Origin: a bacterium
GTDB lineage: Bacteria; Patescibacteriota; Minisyncoccia; Portnoybacterales; JAKAHB01
Assembly: GCA_021815315.1 (NCBI GenBank)
Contig: JAKAHB010000001.1
Span: forward strand, 54,580-115,450
DNA: 60,871 nucleotides
Reading direction: 5' to 3'
The notes beneath the pieces are model-generated. The model was not told the DNA's origin, did not search any database, and was given only the letters and a program-made list of their open reading frames with translations. How positions within the stretch are numbered: the first letter of the stretch is position 1; the number at the start of each line of letters is the position of its first letter. The position numbers and the translations under genes are program-made. This document shows positions 35,486 through 46,398 of the stretch, one piece after another.

Positions 35486-36436
35486 TCAAGCGAGTACAGG
35501 GGCCTTGATCCTTCCCAGTGTTTTCTTTAAATCGGGAGGCAGGGGAGCGGAAACGTCTACCTTCTCTCCTTCTAGATTGGTAAAACCGATACTTTGAGCG
35601 TGCAAAAATTGCCTTTTCAGCCCCCGGGTGTCTTTTAGCGTTTTTTGGGTATATTTTCTATCCCCGACGATTGGCAATCCGACAACAGCCAAATGGACCC
35701 TGATTTGATGCATCCGGCCGGTTTTGGGAGAAGCTTCAATCAAGCTGTAATTTTTAAATTCTTCTTTTACTCGGTAAAAAGTTTTAGCGGGTCGCGGCTT
35801 GGTTTTTTGTTGATGAGCGTTACGTTTGCCCAGAGCCACTTGCTTGGTGGGGTCTTTGAGCGAACGGGCGATAGGGAAGTCAATCCAGCCGGATTTTCTT
35901 TTTGACTTGCCAAAAACCAAGGCCAGATATCTTTTATCTATCAGACGTTCTTTAAACTGGTTTTTTAAATTTTCAAAAGCTTCTTTATTTTTTGCTATCA
36001 GCATGACTCCCGAGGTGTCTTTGTCCAGGCGGTGAACAATACCGGGGCGAAGCTCGGGATTATCACCCACATTTCTCACGGCGGGATAGTGGCTGATTAA
36101 CCAACTGGCAACAGTATCGTTGCGCGGAGGATTGCCGGGGTGGACAGAAATTCCGGCGGGCTTGTTTATGACCAGCATGTCGGGGTCTTCATAGAGAACC
36201 GCAATTTTGATGTCGGGGTTTGGCTTGAGCAAGAAGGGCTTGGGCTCTTTCAGGTCTATTTCCAGCACATCATTTTTTTTGAGCCGGTAGCTTTGTTTTT
36301 TAATTTCTCCGTTAACCAAAACATGCCCGGCTTTGATCTCCTTTTTTAGCCAGGCGCGGGATTTGTCATGAAATTTTGTGGCCAGCCAAAGATCCAAGCG
36401 TTGGGAGATGTCTTTATCGGCGATTTCATTTTGCAT
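35486..36436 (-). CDS. rluD: RluA-family 23S rRNA pseudouridine synthase (RluD-like)
   Basis: S4 domain RLDLWLATKF...VLVNGE and catalytic HRLDKDTSGVML. The track start at 36538 overlaps tRNA-Val, so I use MQNEIADKD at 36436. Confidence 0.85.
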   Translation of the reverse strand: MQNEIADKDISQRLDLWLATKFHDKSRAWLKKEIKAGHVLVNGEIKKQSYRLKKNDVLEIDLKEPKPFLLKPNPDIKIAVLYEDPDMLVINKPAGISVHPGNPPRNDTVASWLISHYPAVRNVGDNPELRPGIVHRLDKDTSGVMLIAKNKEAFENLKNQFKERLIDKRYLALVFGKSKRKSGWIDFPIARSLKDPTKQVALGKRNAHQQKTKPRPAKTFYRVKEEFKNYSLIEASPKTGRMHQIRVHLAVVGLPIVGDRKYTQKTLKDTRGLKRQFLHAQSIGFTNLEGEKVDVSAPLPPDLKKTLGRIKAPVLA

Positions 36437-36504
36437 AAAGATATTGTGGCATAGAATAAAGGAAATAGGCAAACAAAAACAGCCCGGAGGCTGCTTCAAT
36501 AAGG

Positions 36505-36578
36505 TGGGTCCGAGAGGACTTGAACCTCTGGCCTTCACAATGTCAATGTGACGCTCTAGCCAACTGAGCTACGGACCC
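36505..36578 (-). tRNA. tRNA-Val (anticodon GAC)
   Basis: Acceptor GGGTCCG/CGGACCC, anticodon stem TCACA/TGTGA with loop TTGACAT. Confidence 0.85.
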
Positions 36579-36650
36579 TTTTTGGCGGATAGCGGGTGGC
36601 GATGGCTCGCAGGAATACTATCTGCCCCAGGCTATTATCTGCCGTTGACG

Positions 36651-36724
36651 TGGGCCTGGATGGACTCGAACCATCGACCCCAGCTTTATAAGAGCTGTGC
36701 TCTGACCAACTGAGCTACAGGCCC
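36651..36724 (-). tRNA. tRNA-Ile (anticodon TAT)
   Basis: Acceptor GGGCCTG/CAGGCCC, anticodon stem CAGCT/AGCTG with loop CTTATAA, so positions 34-36 are UAU. Confidence 0.8.
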
Positions 36725-36733
36725 CCTAGAGAT

Positions 36734-38554
36734 TTAACCGGCGGCTACCAAGGCCTCAAATTCTTCTTTTTCTAAGATTTCTTTTTCTATTAGAGTCTTG
36801 GCTATCTGATTCAGCAACGCTCTTTTTTCCTTGAGAATATCTAAGGCTTTTTTGTAGGCGTTGTCAATAAAGACATAAATTTCTTTATCAATTTTAGAGG
36901 CCATCTCTTCGGAGTAGTTTTTTTGTTCAGAAATTTCTTTGCCCAAAAATACTAATTCATCGCGGTCACCGAAGACAACGGGACCCAAATTTTCCGACAT
37001 ACCCCAACGGGTAACCAGGCTTCTGGCCAGCTCGGTTGTTTTTTCCAGGTCGTTGGAAGCCCCGGTAGTGATTTCATTAAAGACCGTTTTTTCAGCGGCG
37101 TATCCGCCCAAAAGCACGGACAATTCTTCCAAAAACTCTGTCTTGGAGTGGAAATGTTTGTCTTCCGTTGGCAATTTCAGGGTATAACCGGCGGCCCGCC
37201 CACGGGAAATAATGGAAATTTTTCTGATCGGATCCATGTGCGGCAAAGAAGCGGCCACCAAAGCATGCCCGGCTTCGTGATAGGCGGCAATCTCTTTTTC
37301 TTTGGGCGTTAAGACAAAGCTGCGACGTTCCGGCCCTAGCATAACTTTTTCAATGGAGGCAATTAATTCTTCCATGCCAATTTCCGTTTTATCTTTTTGG
37401 GCGGTCAAAATTGCCGCTTCATTCATCAGGTTAGCCAAATCGGCTCCTGAAAATCCGGGAGTTCTTTCGGCAATTTGACGCAGTTTAACGTCTTTGGTTA
37501 AGGGTTTGCCTTTGGCGTGAATATTCAAAATAGCTTCGCGATCTTTAATATCCGGTAAATCCAAAATAACCCGTCTGTCAAAGCGTCCCGGACGCAACAA
37601 GGCCGGATCTAAAATATCCGGGCGATTAGTGGCCGCCAGCACAATGACTTGAGTGTTGGGGTCAAAGCCGTCCATTTCCACCAGGATTTGGTTAAGGGTT
37701 TGCTCTCGTTCGTCATGTCCTCCGCCCAGACCGGCGCCGCGATGTCGACCGATGGCGTCCAATTCGTCAATGAATAGAATTGCCGGAGCGCTTTTTTTGG
37801 CCAAAGCGAAAGTGTCGCGGACGCGCGAAGCGCCGACACCAACAAAGAGCTCCACAAATTCCGAGCCGGAAATATGAAAAAAGGGCACGTTAGCTTCACC
37901 GGCTACGGATCGGGCCAACATGGTTTTCCCGGTTCCCGGGGGGCCAACCAGCAAGATGCCTTTGGGGATTTTTGCGCCTAAAGCTAAAAACTTTTTGGGT
38001 TCTTTCAAGAATTCCACTACTTGCTCCAGTTCTTCTTTGGCCTCTATAAGACCGGCGACATCCTTAAAGGTAGCTTTGGGTTTATTTTTATCGTCGGGCA
38101 TGATCATCCGCACCAGGGACTTGGTGAACCCAAAAGCTTGGTTGGAGCCGCGTTGCGCTTGGCGCATCATAAACCAAAAGAAAAAACCAATAATAAGAAG
38201 AGGAAAGACAAACGGGAGAAGAGTGGCGAACCAGAAGCGCCAACCAGAAACCTCTTTGACTTCCAAATTGACTCCGGCCAATTTTTCCGCGCTAACCCCG
38301 TAATTTTTTAAAGTTTCAGTCAAGGGAGCGTCGGTTTCTTTTTTGGCTGTTTGCTCGGTGTTATCAACCAATTTCAGGCCGAGTTCATTTTCGGTTACGG
38401 TAATTTGTTTAACCTTCCCCTCGTTGATTTCCAGGGCTAATTTAGAAAGAGAGACTACCTCGGGAGATTTGCCGCTATTAAACAAAGAAAAAATAGCCGT
38501 CAGAGCAATGAAGGTTACGAGAATATAAAAAAGATTTTTGAAGAGAGGCTTCAT
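36734..38554 (-). CDS. ftsH: ATP-dependent zinc metalloprotease FtsH
   Basis: Two TMs, Walker [16 protein letters not shown], zinc motif HEAGHAL. Confidence 0.95.
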   Translation of the reverse strand: MKPLFKNLFYILVTFIALTAIFSLFNSGKSPEVVSLSKLALEINEGKVKQITVTENELGLKLVDNTEQTAKKETDAPLTETLKNYGVSAEKLAGVNLEVKEVSGWRFWFATLLPFVFPLLIIGFFFWFMMRQAQRGSNQAFGFTKSLVRMIMPDDKNKPKATFKDVAGLIEAKEELEQVVEFLKEPKKFLALGAKIPKGILLVGPPGTGKTMLARSVAGEANVPFFHISGSEFVELFVGVGASRVRDTFALAKKSAPAILFIDELDAIGRHRGAGLGGGHDEREQTLNQILVEMDGFDPNTQVIVLAATNRPDILDPALLRPGRFDRRVILDLPDIKDREAILNIHAKGKPLTKDVKLRQIAERTPGFSGADLANLMNEAAILTAQKDKTEIGMEELIASIEKVMLGPERRSFVLTPKEKEIAAYHEAGHALVAASLPHMDPIRKISIISRGRAAGYTLKLPTEDKHFHSKTEFLEELSVLLGGYAAEKTVFNEITTGASNDLEKTTELARSLVTRWGMSENLGPVVFGDRDELVFLGKEISEQKNYSEEMASKIDKEIYVFIDNAYKKALDILKEKRALLNQIAKTLIEKEILEKEEFEALVAAG

Positions 38555-38652
38555 AAAAAACTCAAAACCAAAATGTCAAAGGTCAATCTTAAAGCTTCTA
38601 GTTTAAATTGCTAATTAGGGACTGGAGGCAATAAAAATTTTAAAAGCGAAGG

Positions 38653-39837
38653 CTATTCTTTCTCGGTAGAAACAGCTTTTTCTTCAGCTGCCTTTTTTTG
38701 GGCCAGAGTTAGCGCCATTTTGTGAGATTTGATATCAACTGAAGTTATTTTAAAGTCATAGTCCTTGCCAATTTCTAATTGAGCGCGCATGGCGTCTTGA
38801 TCTTGAAATTCGGAAACATGGATTAGCCCCTGGATATCCTTATCCAACTGGACGAAAGCGCCGAAAGGATTAAACTTGGTTACCGCTCCCTTAACCTTTT
38901 TTCCTTCCTTATATTTGTTAGCCGCTTTGGCCCAAGGATCTTCTTTCAAGGCCTTGAGAGACAAGGAAAGGCGGTCTTTATCAATGCCGATAATTTGGGC
39001 TTTAACTTTGTCGCCAACCCGGATTATTTTTCTGGGGTCTTCTATCAGCTGCCAATCAAGTTCAGAAATGTGGATCAACCCTTCTAGCATATCGGGCTGG
39101 GAGCTGGCCTCTTCGGCTTCGTCTTCCGCCGCTGTTTGTTTGGTCTTGAATTTGATAAAGGCTCCAAAATCAACCACGCCGGAGATTTCTCCTTCTACTA
39201 TCTCTCCGACTTTATACTGGCTTAAGACTTCTTTCAGTTTTTTAGCTTCCATAGCTTTTTCTGAAACAATGAGCTTCTCTTGGGTCGGGTCGGCGTCAAT
39301 AACCTTAACAGCCATTTCTTTGTTCACAAATTTATTAAGATGTTGCAGGATCTTGTTTTTGTCCCCTTCTTCAACGCGAGGATAGTTCTCGGTAGCCAAT
39401 TGCGAAACCGGTAAGAAACCGACAATGCCGTTAAGATTTATAATCAACCCGCCGCGATTGGCGGCTGTTATTTTGACCATGATGGTTTCTTTGTTTTTTC
39501 TGGCTTCGTCCAGGCTATTCCAGGTTTGTTCTCGGAAGGCTTTTTTAACCGAGAGTTCAATGTAACCGTCATTGTTTTCCGGTTCGGCAATAACAGCCGA
39601 GATTTTATCACCAGACTTGAGTTCTTTGAAAAGCTGGCGATTTTCTTTGATTTCACGGCCGAAGATGATGCCGGTACCCAGACTTCCCAAATCAACAAAA
39701 ATTATATTTTTGCCGATTTCAACAACCGTCCCTTCCACCAGATCGTCAACCTGGGGGACAAAAGTATGGAGACGCACGAGTTCGCTCATCAACTCATTAT
39801 CTTTGGTTTGAGTTTTTGTAGTTTTGGTTTCAGTCAT
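38653..39837 (-). CDS. rpsA: 30S ribosomal protein S1 (four S1 domains)
   Basis: Repeated S1 OB-fold units (GTVVEIGKNIIFVDLG, GLIHISELDW, GAVTKFNPFGAFVQL...GLIHVSE). Confidence 0.85.
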   Translation of the reverse strand: MTETKTTKTQTKDNELMSELVRLHTFVPQVDDLVEGTVVEIGKNIIFVDLGSLGTGIIFGREIKENRQLFKELKSGDKISAVIAEPENNDGYIELSVKKAFREQTWNSLDEARKNKETIMVKITAANRGGLIINLNGIVGFLPVSQLATENYPRVEEGDKNKILQHLNKFVNKEMAVKVIDADPTQEKLIVSEKAMEAKKLKEVLSQYKVGEIVEGEISGVVDFGAFIKFKTKQTAAEDEAEEASSQPDMLEGLIHISELDWQLIEDPRKIIRVGDKVKAQIIGIDKDRLSLSLKALKEDPWAKAANKYKEGKKVKGAVTKFNPFGAFVQLDKDIQGLIHVSEFQDQDAMRAQLEIGKDYDFKITSVDIKSHKMALTLAQKKAAEEKAVSTEKE

Positions 39838-39906
39838 ACAAAGAATAGTATAGAGGAATAATTTGACTTTGGCAAGAGCCAGCGGCTGGCCAAAAACGTT
39901 GGCCGC

Positions 39907-39935
39907 TTGAAACGATTATTTTTCTTTGCTATACT
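39907..39935 (+). promoter_or_regulatory. Sigma70-like promoter upstream of the MBL-fold gene
   Basis: TTGAAA, 17-nt spacer, TATACT. A GC-rich leader of about 50 nt with paired segments follows. Confidence 0.4.
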
Positions 39936-40015
39936 TTACCCTACAAGGGGCTCCAGCCTCGCCTAACGCGAGTCCAGGCGGGAAGCCCTTTATTTATTGT
40001 TTACACTAAAACGTC

Positions 40016-40666
40016 ATGATAATTTCTTGGTACGGCCACTCGTGCTTCAAAATCCAGGCTTCTTCCGGGGGCAGCCAGCTGGTTATTGTTACCGATCCTT
40101 TTGCCAAGGAAGCGGGATTAACGCCGCCTCGCCTGCAGGCGGACATTGTCACTGTTTCTCATCAGCATTTTGACCATAACAATGCGGAAGCGATCGGGGG
40201 AAATCCCTTCGTGGTTAATCTGCCCGGTGAATATGAGGTAAAAAGCGTGATTATAAAAGGTGTTCCCAGTTTTCATGACAAAAGCGAGGGTGCTGAAAGA
40301 GGAGGGAACACCATCTACCACATCAAAGCGGAGGGCATTTCTCTTTGTCATTTGGGTGATTTGGGGCAGGAAAAGTTAACGGCCCAACAATTAGAACAGA
40401 TTGGCGACGTGGACGTTTTATTTGTGCCGATTGGAGGCAAGTACACTCTGGACGGCTCGGAAGCGGCCGAAATTATCAATCAAATTGAGCCAAAGATTGT
40501 AATCCCGATGCATTATAAAGTAGCCGGGCTGGCTATCGGTCTGGATGATGAAAAAGAATTTTTGAAAGAAATCGGAGAAGCGGAAACGGTTGACAAAATA
40601 GTGTTAAAGAAAAAAGACTTGCCGGAAGAAGGCGCGCCCACGAAAGTATATATAATGAAAGTCTGA
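40016..40666 (+). CDS. MBL-fold metal-dependent hydrolase (UPF0173-like)
   Basis: MIISWYGHSCFKIQ...VSHQHFDHNN...HLGDLG. Confidence 0.75.
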   Translation: MIISWYGHSCFKIQASSGGSQLVIVTDPFAKEAGLTPPRLQADIVTVSHQHFDHNNAEAIGGNPFVVNLPGEYEVKSVIIKGVPSFHDKSEGAERGGNTIYHIKAEGISLCHLGDLGQEKLTAQQLEQIGDVDVLFVPIGGKYTLDGSEAAEIINQIEPKIVIPMHYKVAGLAIGLDDEKEFLKEIGEAETVDKIVLKKKDLPEEGAPTKVYIMKV

Positions 40667-40734
40667 AAAAGCCAAGCTTATAAAGTTGGAAGTTTAGGGG
40701 CTGGTAATTTGACGAGTTTTATTTCAAAAGATAT

Positions 40735-41100
40735 ATGAACCTAGCTGATTGGCTGGAAAGAATTCAGCGTAAACCCCACCAAGAGCGCTTAAAGTTGCTT
40801 TGGGTTTGCGTGTCAATCTCAATGTTTATAGTTTTTTGTTTTTGGCTGGTTTCTTTGAACAGCTTGATAAAGGGAGGAGGAAGCGAGACGCAATCGGCGC
40901 AAAGTCAGCAGGCCCTGGATAGTGCCAACAAAAGCTACCAACAGATGAAAAGCCAAGTGCCCACTCTGTGGCAAACACTAAAAGCTTCCATCTTGGGTTC
41001 GGCTAGCCAACCGGCTGAAGATTCAAAAGCATCACAACCAAAAACCAATTCTATTTTTAAAGACCAAACGAGTTCGTCAACCAATTCGGGACAAGAATAA
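40735..41100 (+). CDS. Membrane-anchored Ser/Gln-rich protein, unknown function
   Basis: 121 aa with one TM (LLWVCVSISMFIVFCFWLVSL) and a low-complexity tail. Confidence 0.4.
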   Translation: MNLADWLERIQRKPHQERLKLLWVCVSISMFIVFCFWLVSLNSLIKGGGSETQSAQSQQALDSANKSYQQMKSQVPTLWQTLKASILGSASQPAEDSKASQPKTNSIFKDQTSSSTNSGQE

Positions 41101-41124
41101 TCAAAGTAATTGAACAGTTAATTT

Positions 41125-43623
41125 ATGAACGGAGAGAACGAAAACAAACTCACGGAAACAGGCTATATCCAGCCAACAGAGATAACTCAAGAGATGGAGG
41201 AGGCCTATCTTGACTATGCAATGTCGGTTATTGTCGGCCGCGCTTTGCCGGACGTAAGAGACGGTTTAAAGCCGGTGCATCGACGCATTCTTTATGCCAT
41301 GTGGGATGTGGGCTTGCGTTCCAATGGCAAATTTAAAAAATCAGCCACAGTGGTCGGCGAAGTTTTGGGTAAATATCACCCCCACGGCGACGTGGCGGTA
41401 TATGACTCCATGGTGAGAATGGCGCAGGATTTCTCCATGCGTTACCCGTTGGTTCATGGCCAGGGAAACTTCGGCTCTATGGACGGAGACGCGCCGGCGG
41501 CGATGCGTTACACCGAAGCCAAAATGTCCGGCATCGCCGAGGAGATGCTTTTGGATATTGAAAAAAATACGGTTGATTTTATTGATAACTACGACGGCTC
41601 CCGTCAAGAGCCGCTGGTGCTTCCGGCCAAAATTCCCCAGATGTTGCTAAACGGATCGGTGGGTATTGCCGTGGGCATGGCCACCTATATTCCTCCTCAT
41701 AATTTGAGCGAGATTGTGGATGCCACCGTGACCCTTATTGATAACCCGAAAGCAACTGGTGAAGATCTTTTGCAATTTGTTAAAGGCCCGGACTTTCCAA
41801 CCGGAGCTTTTATCTATGACAAAAAAGCGATCGCCGCGGCCTATGCCACCGGAAAGGGAGCGATTGTTTGTCGAGCCAAAGCGGAAATAACTGAAGATAA
41901 AAAGGGAAGGTTCAAAATTATTGTGTCGGAGATGCCCTATCAAGTTAACAAAGCCTCTCTATTGGAAAAAATAGCGGAGCTGGTAAAAACCAAAAAAATT
42001 GAAGGCATTAAAGATCTGCGCGATGAATCGGACAAAGACGGGGTGCGCGTGGTGGTAGAGTTAAAAGCGGATGCTTTCCCGCAAAAAGTTCTAAACCGGC
42101 TGTTCAAGTTAACCGATTTGCAAAAAACTTTTCACTTAAACATGCTCTCCCTGGTTGACGGTCTGCAACCCCAGGTCCTTTCTCTAAAGAGCATTCTTGA
42201 ATACTACATTAAACATCGCCGGGAGGTCATAACCAGAAGAACACAATTTGAGCTGGATAAGGCCAAAGATCGCGCGCATATCCTGGAGGGCTTGAAAAAA
42301 GCGCTAGACCACATTGACGAAGTAATCGCCACGATTAAGAAATCTCCAACTAAAGAAGAGGCTCATGCAAACTTGATGGGTAAGTTCAAGCTGTCCGACA
42401 GGCAGGCTTCGGCCATTTTGGAAATGAGATTGCAAACCTTAGCCGGATTGGAAAGGAAAAAGATTGAAGACGAATTAAAAGAAAAAATAAAATTAATCGC
42501 CGAGTTAGAAGCTTTGCTAGGCAGTCCGAAAAAAATTCTGGGAGTGGTTAAAAAGGAGTTGCTAGAAATAAAAGGCAAGTATGGGGACGAAAGAAGAACC
42601 AGGGTTTTTGCTTCTGCGGTGGGGCAATTTAGCGAAGAGGATTTGATTCCCAACGAAGAATGCATTATTGCCCTGACAAAAGGTGGTTATATAAAGAGGA
42701 TGAACCCCAAAAACTATAAATTGCAAAAAAGAGGGGGCAAGGGCATTATCGGTATTGCTACTCGAGAGGAAGATGCCGTTGACTTTTTCTTTTCTGTTTC
42801 TACCCACGACAATCTCTTGTTTTTTACTAACAACGGCAAAGTTTTTCAAACCAAAGCCTATGAGATTCCCGAAACCAGCCGAGTAGCCAGAGGCCAAGCG
42901 GTAGTCAATTTTTTGCAATTGGCGCCGGGGGAATTGGTTACCGCCATGGTGCCAGTGTTACGCCAGAACCAAAAAGCGGACAAAGAAGACGAGGGCTTTA
43001 AAGAGGATAAGTTTTTGGTGATGACTACGAACAATGGTATAATTAAAAAAACGCCTCTCTCTGATTTTGCCAACGCGCGCCGAAACGGTTTAATCGCTAT
43101 CAGTCTGCAAAAAGGATCAATTCTCTCTTGGGCGCAAATTTCCGAAGGACGTGATCAAATCATCTTGGCGACTGCTTCGGGGCAAGGCATCCACTTTAAC
43201 GAAAAAGATGTCCGTCCCATGGGCCGCACCGCGGCCGGAGTGAAGGCCATTAAACTAAAAAAAGGCGACCAGGTTGTCGGCATGAGCGTGATTAAAGAAG
43301 CCGCCTTGCAAAATAAAAATAAGCAGGAATTAATCGTCGTGACTGAAAACGGCTATGGCAAACGCACCGATCTCAAATTATTCAAAATTCAAAAAAGAGG
43401 TGGTAGCGGCCTGAAAGCGGCAAACGTTACTTCCAAAACCGGTAAAATCATTTCTGCCTTCATCCTTAATCCCCAAGAAGAAGATTTAATCGCCATTTCA
43501 GCTAAGGGCCAGGTAATCAGAACCCAAATTGCTTCGGTTTCCGTTTTGGGCAGAGCCACACAAGGGGTCAGAGTTATGAAAGTCAACCCCGGCGACAAAG
43601 TAGTTTCGGTGACGACACTTTAA
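41125..43623 (+). CDS. gyrA: DNA gyrase subunit A
   Basis: Carries [32 protein letters not shown], the active-site Tyr context [10 protein letters not shown], and C-terminal beta-pinwheel repeats. Confidence 0.95.
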   Translation: MNGENENKLTETGYIQPTEITQEMEEAYLDYAMSVIVGRALPDVRDGLKPVHRRILYAMWDVGLRSNGKFKKSATVVGEVLGKYHPHGDVAVYDSMVRMAQDFSMRYPLVHGQGNFGSMDGDAPAAMRYTEAKMSGIAEEMLLDIEKNTVDFIDNYDGSRQEPLVLPAKIPQMLLNGSVGIAVGMATYIPPHNLSEIVDATVTLIDNPKATGEDLLQFVKGPDFPTGAFIYDKKAIAAAYATGKGAIVCRAKAEITEDKKGRFKIIVSEMPYQVNKASLLEKIAELVKTKKIEGIKDLRDESDKDGVRVVVELKADAFPQKVLNRLFKLTDLQKTFHLNMLSLVDGLQPQVLSLKSILEYYIKHRREVITRRTQFELDKAKDRAHILEGLKKALDHIDEVIATIKKSPTKEEAHANLMGKFKLSDRQASAILEMRLQTLAGLERKKIEDELKEKIKLIAELEALLGSPKKILGVVKKELLEIKGKYGDERRTRVFASAVGQFSEEDLIPNEECIIALTKGGYIKRMNPKNYKLQKRGGKGIIGIATREEDAVDFFFSVSTHDNLLFFTNNGKVFQTKAYEIPETSRVARGQAVVNFLQLAPGELVTAMVPVLRQNQKADKEDEGFKEDKFLVMTTNNGIIKKTPLSDFANARRNGLIAISLQKGSILSWAQISEGRDQIILATASGQGIHFNEKDVRPMGRTAAGVKAIKLKKGDQVVGMSVIKEAALQNKNKQELIVVTENGYGKRTDLKLFKIQKRGGSGLKAANVTSKTGKIISAFILNPQEEDLIAISAKGQVIRTQIASVSVLGRATQGVRVMKVNPGDKVVSVTTL

Positions 43624-43680
43624 GCTACTTAGCTGCTAGGGGCAAATCACCAGACTTTAAACTCCAGGGGCTAAAATATT

Positions 43681-44232
43681 ATGACCACTCTTCCGGCCGG
43701 TTCCGGCGGATTCATTAATCCAGCCGCGGTAATCTCTCAACTGCCGATAAAAGAAGGCATGAAGGTAGCCGGTTTTGGCTGCGGTCACGGTTATTTCGTT
43801 ATTCCTTTGGCCAAAATGGTAGGCAATACGGGCAAAGTTTACGCGATTGACATCTTGGAAGACGCTCTGGCCAGTGTGCGCAGCAAGGCGGAAACCGAAG
43901 GACTAAAAAACATTGAGACCATCAGGGCCAACCTGGAAAAAGAAGGTGGTTCGGGTCTGCCCAACGCGGAGTGTGATTTTGTTATCCTGGCCAACATCCT
44001 TTTTCAAAGTCAAAAGAAACAAGAAATAATCAAAGAAGCGGCCCGAGTTTTAAAAAGCCAAGGGAGATTAGTGGTCATAGACTGGAGAACTGAAGACTTG
44101 AGCATCGGCCCCAAAGAGGGCTGGCGCATTGGGCCCCAAGAATTGACCGCTTTGGCCCGCCAAGAAGGAGTTTTAATTTTAAAAGAATTTAATACCGGCA
44201 ATTTCCATTACGGATTAATTTTTGTAAAATAA
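43681..44232 (+). CDS. Class I SAM-dependent methyltransferase
   Basis: Motif I VAGFGCGHGYF; 183 aa. Confidence 0.7.
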   Translation: MTTLPAGSGGFINPAAVISQLPIKEGMKVAGFGCGHGYFVIPLAKMVGNTGKVYAIDILEDALASVRSKAETEGLKNIETIRANLEKEGGSGLPNAECDFVILANILFQSQKKQEIIKEAARVLKSQGRLVVIDWRTEDLSIGPKEGWRIGPQELTALARQEGVLILKEFNTGNFHYGLIFVK

Positions 44233-44265
44233 TTTTAAAGGATCGATCTCGGATTATTTTTCTTT

Positions 44266-45579
44266 ATGCTTAATAAACGCAACCTGATAATTATCGTTAT
44301 TATCGTTCTACTGGTGGCTTTTGGTTTATTGGTGGCGCAATATGGCTTCAAACAAAGTCCCAACCAAAACAAGGCAGAGATAGTGGTTTGGGGCTTGTTT
44401 GACGATTCGGGCGACATGAGAAGCTTGCTAGAAAAGTTTAATGTTGATTACCCCAACATTAAAGTAAATTATTATAAAAAAACTGTTGATACTTACGAGA
44501 AAGACCTGTTGGAAGCCCTGGCTACCGGCCGAGGACCGGACGTATTTTTGATTCACAATACTTGGTTGCCCAAGCATCAGGACAAACTCCAGCCACTACC
44601 GGACGGCTGGATGAGTTTGCGTGAATTTCAAGACAACTTTGTGGATGTGGCCTATCAGGATTTTGTTGCAAACGGAAAAATATTCAGCCTGCCAGTGTGG
44701 TGCGACACCATGGCGCTTTATTGGAATAAAGACTTTTTTAATAAAGAAAGCATCGCTCGACCGCCGTTAACCTGGGAAGAGTTTTCTCGGGACGTGGAAT
44801 TATTGACTATCAGAAACGAGAAAGGCGACATTTTGAGATCGGGCGCCGCTATCGGCACCGCGCGCAATATTAACCGTTCTTCGGATATTCTAAGTTTGTT
44901 AATGCTGCAAACCGGCACTAAAATGGTTAATACCGCCAGCAATAAAGCCACGTTTAATATCGCGGTAAAGAATAATGGTCAGGATTACAATTCTGGCGAA
45001 GAGGCCCTGCGTTTCTATACGGATTTTGCCAGCGCGCAGAAAAGTGTCTACACTTGGAATAACGCGCGCGATTACTCCATTGATTCATTCGTTCGGGGGG
45101 ATGTGGCGATGATGTTTAATTATGCTTATAATTTGCAACTGATTAAGGCTCGTTCGCCTCATCTTAATTTTGCCGTGGCCGGCATGCCGCAGGCAGAAAG
45201 CGCCAGTAAAAAAGTCAACTACGCCAACTATTGGTCATATGGCGTTAGCCGGGCCAGCCAAGCCAGCCAGCAATCCTGGATTTTCACTTTTTGGCTAAGC
45301 CAAAAGACAAACGCCAAAATTTATTTGGATACGTTCAAGCGTCCGGCCGCCAGAAGAGATTTAATAGAAGAGCAAAAAGGGGATGAGGAACTGGGTGTTT
45401 TCGCCGAGCAGGCCCTTACGGCTCAATCTTGGTATCAAGTTGATAATTCGGCGATTGAACAAATTTTTGCGGATATGATTGACGATGTTGTTTTGGGTCG
45501 TTCCGTGGCCAAAGATGCCATAGAAAGAGCGGTTTCTCGGGTTAATTTGTTGATGGAAAACAAAAAAAGCGGTAATTAA
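44266..45579 (+). CDS. Extracellular solute-binding protein (family 1, sugar-type ABC SBP), no adjacent permease
   Basis: N-terminal TM anchor. VVWGLFDD...YKKTVDTYEKDLLEALATGRGPDVFLIHNTWLPK is typical of SBP_bac_1. Confidence 0.7.
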   Translation: MLNKRNLIIIVIIVLLVAFGLLVAQYGFKQSPNQNKAEIVVWGLFDDSGDMRSLLEKFNVDYPNIKVNYYKKTVDTYEKDLLEALATGRGPDVFLIHNTWLPKHQDKLQPLPDGWMSLREFQDNFVDVAYQDFVANGKIFSLPVWCDTMALYWNKDFFNKESIARPPLTWEEFSRDVELLTIRNEKGDILRSGAAIGTARNINRSSDILSLLMLQTGTKMVNTASNKATFNIAVKNNGQDYNSGEEALRFYTDFASAQKSVYTWNNARDYSIDSFVRGDVAMMFNYAYNLQLIKARSPHLNFAVAGMPQAESASKKVNYANYWSYGVSRASQASQQSWIFTFWLSQKTNAKIYLDTFKRPAARRDLIEEQKGDEELGVFAEQALTAQSWYQVDNSAIEQIFADMIDDVVLGRSVAKDAIERAVSRVNLLMENKKSGN

Positions 45580-45585
45580 AGCTAT

Positions 45586-45990
45586 ATGAGAAAAACAATT
45601 TTAAAAATGTTTTTGCCCGCTATCACTTTTTTATATCTGGCTATCCCAACTCTGGTAGCGGCGGACGGGTTGGTGCCTTGTAGCGGGCCAGATTGCGATT
45701 TCTGCAAACTATTACAACTTATTTTAAACATTATTAATTTTGTCGCCAAAACCTTGACTCCGGCGGTGGCTGGATTATTGGTTGTGATTGGTGGTATAAT
45801 GTATTTATTGGCGGGAGCCAATCCTAGTTTGCTTAGCAAAGCCAAAGGGATTTTACTCAATGTTGTGGTCGGCTTAATTATCATCTACGTTTCTTATTTG
45901 ATAGTTTATACCGTTTTAAATGTCCTATCTTCCAATACGGCGGGATTCACCATCAGCGGCTGGGTTTCCGGCAGTCTAAATTGTCCATAA
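45586..45990 (+). CDS. TrbC/VirB2-like type IV secretion pilin-like protein
   Basis: Signal peptide, then GLVPCSGPDCDFCKLLQLILNIINFV, then two TM helices. This architecture is common in CPR pilin-like genes. Confidence 0.6.
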   Translation: MRKTILKMFLPAITFLYLAIPTLVAADGLVPCSGPDCDFCKLLQLILNIINFVAKTLTPAVAGLLVVIGGIMYLLAGANPSLLSKAKGILLNVVVGLIIIYVSYLIVYTVLNVLSSNTAGFTISGWVSGSLNCP

Positions 45991-46374
45991 ATGTTTTTCA
46001 TCAAGAAAAAGGCAATCTTTTTTATCTCAGCGCTTTATCTCTCTTTTTGTTTTCCTTTTTTTTGTTTCAATTCAGCGCTAGCGGCAGAGGGGAGTAGCGG
46101 CGCCGGGGGGGCATCCCTGCCTAACTTTTTGGGAGAAGGCGCCACTTTCCCGACCTTACTGGAAAGAATTGTTGATTTTTTGTTAACGTTGGCCGGTCCT
46201 TTTGCGGTGATTATGGTTTTGTGGGCGGCTTTTCTGTATATTACTTCTTCCGGTAATGCCAACAGAATCAGCCAGGCTCATAAGGTCATTTTGTGGACGG
46301 TGGTAGGCGTGGGAGTGCTGGTTCTTTCCAAGGGACTTATTTCTTTAATTGTCGATATTCTTGGAGGTAATTAA
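45991..46374 (+). CDS. TrbC/VirB2-like pilin-like protein (paralog 2)
   Basis: Signal peptide, Gly-rich linker, two TM helices (PFAVIMVLWAAFLYITSSG, VILWTVVGVGVLVL). Confidence 0.55.
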   Translation: MFFIKKKAIFFISALYLSFCFPFFCFNSALAAEGSSGAGGASLPNFLGEGATFPTLLERIVDFLLTLAGPFAVIMVLWAAFLYITSSGNANRISQAHKVILWTVVGVGVLVLSKGLISLIVDILGGN

Positions 46375-46398
46375 ATGTTTAGAAGGGAGGTGAGGTTT

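Noticed and set aside
36437-36538. N-terminal extension of the pseudouridine synthase ORF (MKARGSSPLGPTLLKQ...).
   Set aside because: It is the reverse-strand read-through of tRNA-Val(GAC), so the real start is the internal MQNEIADKD. Similar tRNA-overlapping ORFs were rejected for the same reason: 9514-9708, 16690-16965, 16835-17035, 18853-19257, 49073-49285 and 53617-53841.
39936-40015. GC-rich paired leader (aaggggctccagcctcgcctaacgcgagtccaggcgggaagccctt) upstream of the MBL-fold gene, considered as a possible riboswitch.
   Set aside because: It matches no riboswitch consensus I can recall, and the downstream gene is not a typical riboswitch target. It may be only a stabilising 5' stem-loop.
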